A stretch of DNA of 64,000 nt, from assembly GCA_965113315.1 (NCBI GenBank), contig OZ220372.1; one strand, 5' to 3'. How positions within the stretch are numbered: the stretch's first letter is position 1; each line of letters opens with the position of its first letter. The DNA comes from Podarcis vaucheri (lineage: Eukaryota). Below the pieces are notes generated by a model. It was not told the DNA's origin, did not search any database, and saw only the letters and a program-made list of their open reading frames with translations. Both the position numbers and the translations under genes were made by a program. Positions 38,791 to 50,157 of this stretch are shown here, in pieces.

Positions 38791-39193
38791 TACTTAGCTG
38801 TTTACTGTGTAAAATATCCTTTTTAAGAATGATTTGAAACATTTATTTTAAAAGGAAACTGAAGCCATAATGGTGTGGTATTAGACACTGAATACTATGT
38901 GCCATGTAGCGCCTGGAAATGAATAGAAGCTAAAGTGGCCTATTTAAAATTATATTTTCCCTGCCTTCACCACAAGTGGCATCTGAGGCGGCTGATGTCC
39001 TAGGCCCTGGTCCTCTACTGAGATCCATCTAATTTATGAATCACTTAATGCTTGTAGGAGCATCCCGTTATCAAGTTCCTTGGCTGTTCTGTAGAATGAG
39101 GCTGAGTTTTATATAGAAATCTAGAATAGCAGCTGTATATCCCACATTTACAATATGTGTAGTCGGCTAAGAGTTCTTGTTTTCTTCTTTCAG

Positions 39194-39257
39194 GGAAAGT
39201 TCATCAGAATCAACTTCGATGTAAATGGCTACATTGTAGGAGCCAATATTGAGACCT
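39194..39257 (+). CDS. MYH9: MYH9 exon 7 ([21 protein letters not shown])
   Basis: tttcag|GGA ... CCT|gtatcctt, 64 nt. Confidence 0.96.
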
Positions 39258-39624
39258 GTATCCTTCCCACAGATAGGGAAATCCAAATAACAACTAAAGT
39301 GGGGGGAGGAGGAGAGCACACAGGCATCTTGGCTTAAGAAAAGGTGTGGGCGGATAGTGTTTTGAAGTTGTACTTTGAAGAAGCAACTTGCCTTTTATGA
39401 AGATGATAAAATTTCAGAAGAGCTTGGCAACCTTCGATTGAAGTGCGTATGAGTAGTGATCTTATAGCTACATTTAAAATAAGATCTCTTCCTCAAGTAC
39501 TTGTGATCCAGTTCAACACTAATACATCATTTGTGAACATTTGCGTTAACTCACGTGCACTATGGGCTCAGCTGCTGAGAGCCACGCTAGGGCAGAAGCC
39601 TCAATCTGGCAGAGTACTGTAATA

Positions 39625-39972
39625 CAGTGTTTTTCAACCTTTTGGGGGCAAAGGCACACTTGTTTCATGAAAAAAATCACGAGGCACACCACCACTGTGT
39701 GCGGAGAGGGAGATGTCAGAGCCCCGCTGCTCTCTATGGGGAATCGGATGAGAGCGGACCGCCTGTCCGCTCTCATCCGATCCCATCCGATCTGATCCCC
39801 ACCCAGGATGGATGGAAAATAGGGTGGACACAGTCCGGCGCCCGCCTAGTGGGCGAAAATTTGACTTTTTTTAAAAAAAAAATCTTTTGAATTTTTCAAT
39901 TTTTCCCACGGCACACCAGGCAACATCTCGCGGCACACTAGTGTGCCGCGGAACAGTGGTTGAAAAACACTG
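39625..39972. mobile_element. hAT-Charlie MITE, young, inside the U12 intron
   Basis: Perfect 15-bp TIR CAGTGTTTTTCAACC; perfect 8-bp TSD CTGTAATA at 39617-39624 and 39973-39980. Confidence 0.92.
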
Positions 39973-40105
39973 CTGTAATACATGAGCTGCCTTTTAAGCA
40001 TACCTCATTGAGTCTGAAATAACAACTCTTTGCATCCTCCCCACAAAACCCTTTATTCTGTTCTACCAAACTCCTGCACACTTAAAGTTCATGCAGACTG
40101 GGTTA

Positions 40106-40331
40106 CAGTGGTACCTCGGTTTAAGTACTTAGTTCGTTCTGGAGGTCTGTTCTTAACCTGAAACTGTTCTTAACCTGAAGCACCACTTTAGCTAATGGGG
40201 CCTCCCGCTGCCACAGCGCTGCCGGAGCCCGATTTCTGTTCTTATCCTGAAGCAAAGTTCTTAACCTGAAGCACTATTTCTGGCTTAGTGGAGTGTGTAA
40301 CCTGAAGCGTATGTAACCTGAGGTACCACTG
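40106..40331. mobile_element. Tigger/pogo-like MITE inside the U12 intron
   Basis: TA|CAGTGGTACCTC ... GAGGTACCACTG|TA; repeated TAACCTGA subterminal motifs. Confidence 0.9.
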
Positions 40332-40577
40332 TACTTTGTTTTTGAAAAGTCTTCTATGTATCTTTTTCTTTAGTAGTATGGTGACAGAAGGAGAGGATAA
40401 TATGAACAGAAGTCGAGCATTCAAAGTATAGAGGCTTAATTCCTGAATGTGAGAGGTTTTTGCAAAGACAACTTGCCCAGTTTGGGTCTGAGAAAGATGC
40501 CAAGCTACCTGAGAATCCGTATACATAGAATTTATGTAGACATGGGTCGTTGTTTTTTCTCCCTTAACTTACCAAAG

Positions 40578-40676
40578 ATCTGTTGGAGAAATCAAGAGCA
40601 ATACGTCAGGCCAAAGAAGAACGAACATTCCACATCTTCTATTACTTGCTGACCGGGGCAGGGGAACACCTGAAGA
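40578..40676 (+). CDS. MYH9: MYH9 exon 8 ([25 protein letters not shown]...)
   Basis: ccaaag|ATC ... AGA|gtgagt, 99 nt. Confidence 0.96.
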
Positions 40677-41423
40677 GTGAGTACTTGGTGCTTAAATTAT
40701 AGACTCCTAGTTTACTGGTAGTCTCTTTCGAACTGCTTTGCACAGGCATTCTGTCTTTTTTTAACCCTTTCCTCTTGTATAGTCTTTGTTCCCCCAAGAC
40801 TGATTTAGCTTTGTCAGTCTCAAACAATGTCAACATTTCCTTATCTGAAGGCTGTACTGAGTTAATTAAGGACATGAGAAACATCAGGTTAGGAGTGTTA
40901 ACAGCACTCTTAGAATACTGCAAAAGAATTTACTGAACTTGCAGCAAGTAATTGCCCTTCACATGATTTACGGGTGAGAATATAGGCAACAGGGAGTCAC
41001 TGTTTTTGTAAGTAAGCTGGTTCTGCTGCTTTTTCCGTAAGTGTTGTACCAAATGGGTTATTGAAGTTAGACAACCATTTAATTGAAGTTAACCCAACTA
41101 ACCATTTTTTGTGGGGGCGGGATAGTTCTTACCTGTTTACTACTGTTGCATAACTATCGGCAGAGCAGTGTTTAGATCTCTAGATAAGGAACGAAAAGAA
41201 AAAAAGATTCACGTGACCTTTTCAGATGGAAACAACATTAAGCTTCTGCTTAATGTTGAAGATCTAGCAATTGCTGGAATGCAAGAATACTTAGCCTAGG
41301 GTTTAATATAGGAGGCCTAATGCAGGCATCCTTAATACCGAGTCGTTGTATATTTGAGTTGTCAGACTTGTCATATAAGCCTTGCTACTTGCCCTGAATG
41401 TTTACCCTGAAGTTATGCACTAA

Positions 41424-41648
<225 letters not shown>

Positions 41649-41803
41649 TAAATAACAGTGAAATTCCTAAGCACCTGGATACTTTGAGTTGTTAAATTAG
41701 TGATCTGCATGTGCCTATCTGGGGATGTTAGATAGTGGCCTTTCCCTGCATTCAGGTTAATTTTGGCAAGTACCCTTTTTCTGCAAAGAGAGGTTTCAAA
41801 AGG

Positions 41804-41808
<5 letters not shown>

Positions 41809-41874
<66 letters not shown>
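41809..41874. repeat. Compound microsatellite (CT)17(CA)16
   Basis: Direct reading. Confidence 0.95.
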
Positions 41875-41878
<4 letters not shown>

Positions 41879-42215
41879 CAAGTAGCTTGCCAGCCTACAT
41901 TTCAAGCTGCCCAGCTTTCTTTCCACCTTATTTGCAAGCTTGGTTAAAACAGCTGCTCCTACCGCTTTGTGTTGTGGATGAACATCCAGTGTAAAGGTTT
42001 TTAGATAATTTGTTGTGTATTTAGCAGATTAATTGCGCTGCAGAAAGCGTGCTGGGGAGACCACACATTCAGGAAACAATGAAGATACACAAAAATATCT
42101 TTTGCTTGGCTTTAATTACAAAAACAAAAACTCCTTTTACATCCAATCTATAACTATGACCCATCCATAGACCCATTCACCAGGGTACTGAGAGAGGCAC
42201 ACGCTGTTCTTTATA

Positions 42216-42571
42216 CAGTGGTACCTCGCAAGACGAATGCCTCGCAAGACAAAAAACTCGCTAGACGAAAGGGTTTTTTGTTTTTTTGAGCTGCTTCGCA
42301 AGACAATTTTCCCTATGGGCTTGCTTTGCAAGACGGAAACGTCTTGCAAGTTTGTTTCCTTTTTCTTAACACCGTTAATACAGTTGCGACTTGACTTCGA
42401 GGAGCAACTCATAGAACGCGGTGTGGTAGCCTTTTTTGAGGTTTTTAAAGACTTTGGTGATTTTTGAAGCTTTTCCAAAACTTTCCCGACACCGTGCTTC
42501 GCAAGACGAAAAAAATCGCAAGACGACAAAACTCGCGGAACGAATTAATTTTGTCTTGCGAGGCACCACTG
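42216..42571. mobile_element. Tigger/pogo-like MITE
   Basis: TA|CAGTGGTACCTCGCAAGAC ... GTCTTGCGAGGCACCACTG|TA; about nine GCAAGAC-like motifs. Confidence 0.9.
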
Positions 42572-43748
42572 TATACTATACCCAATTGCTGACACTGCTT
42601 AATTAATACAACTTAACAGCACCTGCTATGCTATTTCACAGCTGTAAAACTAGGTCATGATATTTACTCTGGCCTTTAAAGAGATACACATCTTGTGAAA
42701 CAATAATGAACCTTAATATTTAAATAAACCATTCAACATAATTGAGTGATGAAAAAATGCTCCTCCTTCCCTGTTTCAGCTGCTGAACGCATTAAATACT
42801 ATACAGTATTAAGCATGTGAAGATCCCACATCTGGAAGGCAGGTGGTTTGAAAGTCTGATTTTAGGCTCAAGGCTTTAAACCTCTTTAAAACATGTTTGT
42901 TTAAATTGAATAAAAAGTAACTTTTTGGCTGGAGAAGTTGGTCCATCTGATGGAGCAAACATACAGTAGGAAATCATATCTGTGTTTTTGGAGTGACTTA
43001 TATAGGTTGCCTTAGCTTGGAAGTTTGGAGCTTGGGATGTTTAGCCAGAAATAGACAAGCCCCACAGGGGTACTGAAACCTAAAATGAGATGCTTGACTT
43101 TGAAAGAGTAGAGTATCTGCAGGCCCATTTTTTCCACAGCTAATATTTAATCATGATACTCTCCCCATTGTGTTGTTTGGGGCGAAGTCTGTGATCCTCC
43201 CATAGGCTCTTAACTCATGAAGAACAGGCAAGTCAGTAGCCCTCATTGATTGGAGACAGCAGCATGGTTCATAGTAAACTTGCAGGTGCTGTAACGTAGT
43301 ACTGTATCCTGAGTGTCAGAATCCTTAGTGCACCAAGGTCCCTGCCCGTAAGACATACCTGACTGCAGATGTGGCATCACAGGAGACAGGGCCTAGTGAC
43401 TGTCTGCATCTGTCAATACAGCACTGGACTCAATGTTTTGGGGTAACTTAATTGTAGGTGACTCTGGAGTCTACCTGCTTCAGTGCTGGCATTGCCACAC
43501 AATGTTAGTGCTATTACTTTGTGCTTTAGAAGCTTGGAAGATTAAAAGGTCATTTTATAAACGTCATTGTATATACAATATCAGTGCTCCTCCTGGACCT
43601 TTTATGAGTGGACCCAAATGTTTCATTTTGTAAGCTGCTTTGGGTCACTTGTGAAAAAAGACTAATAAATGCTATTATAGTAACATCCACTCTCCTCTTT
43701 CATAATAAATCTGTTAGGCAAAATGTGTCAGTCTCTTTGTATTACATA

Positions 43749-43792
43749 TTCTGCTACCAAATACTGATGCCTTTCAGTATTTGGTAGCAGAA
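43749..43792. repeat. Perfect 19-bp inverted repeat with 6-nt spacer
   Basis: TTCTGCTACCAAATACTGA-tgcctt-TCAGTATTTGGTAGCAGAA. Confidence 0.95.
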
Positions 43793-44331
43793 ATGATACA
43801 TTTTCTGAAATGTCACAGGTTGTAAGATTTTTTCTTTTTTAAAATTATTTTCGTTGACTTGTGGGACGCATGAGCTGGATGATAATAACGTCCAACTTAA
43901 GGCTCAGATGCCTCTTTTGAGCCATCTTGCCTTTTCCAGGAATTACTGTTTCTTATATTTCTGATCAGGCATGCATGTAATTGTTTTGTAGGCTGTATGG
44001 TCAGAATATAAATCTAACATGAATACATTGTGTAACCAAAAAGGTACTAGATGGAGGTTTGGGAAGGCTTAGAAAATTCCAAGGTTTGTAGAAGTACCAA
44101 GAAATATTGAGATAAAAAAAAAAAGGTGGATGACCCTCCGAAAACATGGAAGACTGGCTATTGGGTAAGAGGAGAAATGGTGTGGAGTATTGTGGAGGAG
44201 GCCATGGCTGACTGGGACAGTGAACAGAAGCATTTTGTTGCAGATCCATTTGTGCAATTCTGATATACCAAAAGGCTAGTGGGAATGAAACAATTGGTCA
44301 GTCGTTCATCTGTGCCTGGTTTGCTTCTTAA

Positions 44332-44466
<135 letters not shown>

Positions 44467-46010
44467 TAAATTCCCCCATGGGCTGGAAGTCGGGGCTGCT
44501 TTGTGGAAGAGCCCACTTCTTAAAATGTTGGCATCACATATGAAGTCAGACGAGAGTGGAAATATGTACTGTAGTGAACTCTAGTGAGTGTGTGCAGCAC
44601 AGCAATACCCTTGATGGCTTTTTGATGTAAACTGGATATCCTCGGTAACTGCTGTTGCCTCCTGGTGGCAAACATATTATCTACATGTAAATATTGGGTC
44701 ATCCACTGTCTAATTGCAACCACCCGTCAATAGGCACATGTAATGCCTGTTGCTATTACATTATAGAACGCAGAACAAGTGAAGGAAGGGGTGTAGAATG
44801 TAGGGAAAGAGTGAGGGAGCAGCGTCAGTTGGTGGTAGCTGAAAGGAAAGACGCAGAAGAGAAATGGAGGACATAGGAGGAAGAGAGTAGACAAGGCATC
44901 GAGAAGGTGAGGAAAGCTGAACATGGGCAACAAAATTAATAGATAGCAAGCAACTGTGTATGATTGGGATTAACTACAGTGACACAAACTTGACTGGTTT
45001 GGGGTTGGGTCACTTGCAGGAAGTTGATCATCAAAACTAGATACTGATTCTTGATCTATAGGAGTGAATATCTCTCCTCATCGATATTTTAGAACAAGTA
45101 TGCATTACAGACTTTCTTGTGCCAGGCAGAAGGTGAATGAGGGAACAGCCAGAAACTGAGTTCCAGTTGTGTAATGGGAGCTGGCATGCATTTAGGACTT
45201 GAGTGGGGTTGTGATGGAACCTGCTTCCAATTCACGGCTGAAACAAATTAGTTTAAATGTCACACTTGCCCTCTAATATCAAATGTGAAACTCCTGACTG
45301 AGACAGATGTTTTGAAATTGCTGTGATCATGGTTTCTGGCATTTGAACACCAAATGTTAGAAATTTGATGCCAAGCCAGAGGGGCAGTAAAACCTTGACT
45401 CAGTAAGCCAGACCTGATGCCATCTACAACTCAAGTGCCTTAAATGGTGAGGGGAAGTGTAGCCCTGAATCAGGGAGTCTTTCATTCATAAATGCTCATG
45501 GAATTGGTGGAGCCACCAGCAGGTACTCGAGTCTGCAAGAAATTGTAAGCAGCCAAGTGTAAGCTGTTGAAAAACCTTCAGAAATCAGCACACCTTTCTT
45601 AGTAACTCTGAATTTAGTGCTTAAACTGATTTACGCCTTGGTAATCAGGCTTGTAACTGAGATATTTATTTGGTAGTGCAAGTCTGTCAATCAGAAACAG
45701 GCAGGGATTGTTGCCATCCTTTCCCAGAAAACCCAATAACTATTTTATGATCGCATGTAAATCTCACTGTTCTTTCAATGTGGAACTCCTAGGTGCATAG
45801 GGTTAGTAGGTAGGCATCTCTCATTCAGACGGTGACCAGAATTTTTCCTGCCTGGTTTCAGCAAGCTGCTACATACTTTGCCTTCAGATCATGCACTAAA
45901 CCTAGAGTTTCTATAGCAAATGAGTGGTATACACAAAACAGTAATCAACCCTCTGTATCTCTATCTGTGGCACACAAAGAAGCAACAGTTTCAGCTTTCT
46001 CTGTGTTTGA

Positions 46011-46421
<411 letters not shown>

Positions 46422-46539
46422 TGACAATTGATGGGGTTCCTAATGATTCAGGCACTGCAACCTTAAATTTAACAATTGTGATAGTGTTTTTTGCCATCTG
46501 GTTTGGGTTGTACATGTGACTTTCACTCCCTTTTTTAAG

Positions 46540-46692
46540 GCTGACTTTGCCATTGAGGCTCTGGCTAAAGCCACTTATGAGCGCATGTTTCGTTGGCTGG
46601 TGATGCGTATCAACAAGGCACTGGATAAGACAAAGAGACAAGGAGCATCTTTCATAGGAATCCTTGACATTGCTGGCTTTGAAATCTTTGAG
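46540..46692 (+). CDS. MYH9: MYH9 exon 12 (switch II DIAGFE)
   Basis: tttaag|GCT ... GAG|gtaagt, 153 nt. Confidence 0.96.
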
Positions 46693-46872
46693 GTAAGTAA
46701 AGGGCAGCCACACTTTTAAATTCCAACATCCTGTGTTTGGATATTAGTGTTGCTTAAGGAGGGATGTCAGCTAAGAACCTTCATTTGAACTGTGGTCCTT
46801 CCAGTTTCATCCCAGGGCTCAACCAGGAAGGAATTCAAGGGAGCCCACCTTTGATGTACTGGACCATAGTGT

Positions 46873-47338
46873 AATAATAATAATAATAATAATAAATTTT
46901 ATTTATATCCCGCCCTCCCCAGCCAAAGCCGGGCTCAGGGCGGCTAACAACAATCAAATAATCAGTCAAATAATCACACAATCTAAAATATTTCATTATA
47001 AAATTAATTAAATCAAATTGATGGCAACCAATTATGCAGAATTATGTGCAGGTTGCCAGAGGAGGGAGTCAGGCTGCGCCCTGACCAAAGGCCTGGCGGA
47101 ACAACTCTGTCTTGCAGGCCCTGCGGAAAGATGTCAGGTCCCGCAGGGCCCTAGTCTCTTTTGACAGAGCATTCCACCAGTTTGGAGCTGCAGCCGAGAA
47201 GGCCCTGGCTCTAGTTGAGGCCAGCCTAACCTCTCTGAGGCCTGGGACCTTGAGGATGTTATTATTTGCAGACCGTAGGTTTCTCTGTGGGGCATACCAG
47301 GAGAGGCGGTCCCGTAGGTACGAGGGTCCTAGGCCGTA
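46873..47338 (-). mobile_element. L2 LINE, 5'-truncated young 3' fragment
   Basis: Minus strand encodes uninterrupted YGLGPSYLRDRLSWYAPQRNLRSA...RAFSAAAPNWWNAL...FRRACKTELFRQAF (L2 ORF2 C-terminus), then 3'UTR stem-loop and (TTA)n tail. Confidence 0.9.
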
Positions 47339-48161
47339 TTCGAGTATACGAGTATACGTACTCGTATCACATAATTTTTTCAGTGACCCCAGGCAGCAAG
47401 TAGGAACAAAATAGAATTCTTTTGAAGAGAAGCTAGAGACATTCTTAAAGTCCAGTGTAAGCTCCTCTTCTGAAAGATTGTGGCTTGGATCTTAACTAGG
47501 GTTCCACAAATGGAAGGTCTCCTTCCATGGGCTGGACCAAGATCCAGCAGAGCATCCCTCTAGCAGAAAGAGGAACAGGCGGTTTGTGCTGATCACCCCC
47601 CTCCCTGCACTGTGTCTTATTGTACCCCAGAGGTCCCCCAACCCTCTAGACCGGGGGAAAAAGGGGTGCATGGGATGGGAATTGGCAATTCTCGTTTTCC
47701 CCATCTACTGGTGGGGGCATTATGAGTGCAACTCCCCTCAGGGGACACTGCAGCCAACATGAGCAAACTCAGGGTCCCATCCTAGTTTTCAGCGTTAGAT
47801 GTAATATTATGGTCTTGGTATGCCTGAAAAATCCAAAATGACTGTGTTTAAAAATGATTTTGGAACAAAATAAATAACCTTAATATAATGTTTGCTGTCA
47901 AATACTCTTTCTTTCAGCAAAGTACGAATTGGCATGCAGGATTGCTGCTAAGTGGAGAGCAGATGTCTGCTGCTCCAAGTTTAGAATTGATGCTCAAATG
48001 AGTGCTGCTAAGCACCTAACAAGATGCATTCTCCATCTCAGTAAATAAGGCAGTGGAGAAACTGTAGTTGAATGTTGGTTCAGAAATGGGGATACTAGTA
48101 GGTAACCGTTTGGTGGGCAGCATTCACCTAGACCTGCATTGTTCTATTTTTCCGGAATTAG

Positions 48162-48335
48162 CTGAACTCATTTGAACAACTGTGCATTAACTACACGAAT
48201 GAGAAGCTGCAACAGCTCTTCAATCACACCATGTTCATCCTGGAGCAAGAAGAATACCAGCGTGAGGGCATAGAATGGAACTTCATTGACTTTGGCCTGG
48301 ATCTGCAGCCCTGCATTGATCTTATAGAAAAACCG
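48162..48335 (+). CDS. MYH9: MYH9 exon 13 (relay helix, [21 protein letters not shown]...)
   Basis: aattag|CTG ... CCG|gtgagt, 174 nt. Confidence 0.96.
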
Positions 48336-48487
48336 GTGAGTGACTCATGCATTGTGTCCTGGGTAGTACAGAACAGTTATTGCAGTGAGCTTAAGGCCCT
48401 TATGCACAAACCTCTTGATTTATGCTAAGAAGCTGAATTTAGCTACATAAGTGTGGTCTTATGAGCATACGAGGCCACCACCTTGCT

Positions 48488-48600
48488 GCAGCTGAGGTAG
48501 TTGAATATGGTTAGTCCCTAGGTATGAAACTGCCTGGGAACAGCATGTAAGCAGCCTTGGGTTCCATGGTGGAAGGCAGGCATGTTATAAATAAAAGATA
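48488..48600 (+). mobile_element. Degenerate 5S-rRNA-like head plus L2-like tail (SINE3-like)
   Basis: GCAGCTGAGG...TGGTTAGT...ACTGCCTGGGAA resembles the 3' half of 5S rRNA; followed by GTAAGCAGCCTTGGG...GGAAGGCAGG...AATAAA. Confidence 0.4.
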
Positions 48601-48788
48601 ATAAATTTAATTTGAATAAACTTGCAAAAACTCATTTAAATGTAGAATTCTTATTATGAAAAATGGTATATAAAAGGAGCAAGAAATGGGATAGTTTTAG
48701 AGACTGCTTATGGCCAGTCTGGAAAGCTGCTTTGCTAAGAGCAATAGATAGATTTCATTTTGTGCGCTTTTCTTGTTCAAAACCATGA

Positions 48789-49100
<312 letters not shown>

Positions 49101-49565
49101 TAGGCTAGTGTAAGCTATGTAGTGATCAAGTTCCACATTAGGAAAGGAAGCAGTGTGCTCCTATAAAAGTCTACGGCTTTCCATTTAATGGCAAGGCACA
49201 TGAACTGTTGCCGATCCAGCCTTTCCGTTCTTCTCACAGTGGCAGATTAAGCACTTGTTGACTAGCACTTCTGAGGTGCTCTGGATAATTCACATTGGTG
49301 GTATCCAACTAAGTCATAGCTGGAATAGACCCACTGAGATCGGTAACTTAAGTTTGTCATGACTTGAAGCCCATTGACTTATGTGATCTACTATGAGTTA
49401 AATCATACAAATAAGCTATAATTAAGCTTCACCACTTAGTACAGTATCTTTAGAATCATGTTCCATTTCAAGAGTGGGACAATCATAGTTTTGCCTCTTT
49501 TTCCTCAATACTGAGGCAAGGTTAATCTTTTGTAGCTAATATTAATGAATTAATTTCTTCTCTAG

Positions 49566-49685
<120 letters not shown>

Positions 49686-50094
49686 TAACCAGATTTCTTG
49701 CATATTTTTCTTAAAGAGTGCTTATCCAATATCTTCAAGCACTTTATATACAGGGGCTTTCCACTCCCTTAAAATGACAGTGATCACTGCGATCCAAAAC
49801 TTGTGTATGCTTTATTCTGAATACTATCCTCCTCTTGTTGCTGAACTGAGGAGAGATTGGAAAAGGGTCAAAATGTCAGGGGCAGGCAGCATCCCAGAAT
49901 AACATTCAAACCGATGTTCCTTGTACTTTACCACATCCAAATATGGGATGTAATGAGATGAAACCAAATATTGCCTCTAAGGATTTCTTTGCTTATTCCA
50001 GTGCCATTAGGTATCTTGCACTCTGGATTATCTGCTTTGACTCTCACTGTTACTATCTCTTTTCTTGGGTTTTTCTTTGACGTCTCTGTTGCAG

Positions 50095-50157
50095 AGATGC
50101 AGAACGTTCAGAGAGCCTATTTCTATCAACAGTTTCCTATTCTTCATCTAGAACCAG
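50095..50157 (+). CDS. MYH9: Alternative loop-2 cassette exon ('A2', EMQNVQRAYFYQQFPILHLEP), homolog of MYH10 B2 insert
   Basis: Long pyrimidine tract + gttgcag|AG ... CAG|gtgact; 63 nt, symmetric phase 1, no stop; peptide aligns to recalled B2 sequence EIQNIQRASFYDSVSGLHEPP. Confidence 0.88.

Larger units (their letters stand above)
39258..40577 (+). other. U12-type (minor spliceosome) GT-AG intron 7
   Basis: 5' site GTATCCTT; branch point CCCTTAAC at 40561-40568, 9 nt before the intron end (AAG); no polypyrimidine tract between branch point and AG. Confidence 0.93.

Noticed and set aside
42216-42571. Regularly recurring GCAAGAC motif suggesting a CRISPR-like array
   Set aside because: These are subterminal repeats within a TA-flanked Tigger-like MITE in a vertebrate genome; spacing is irregular and both orientations occur.
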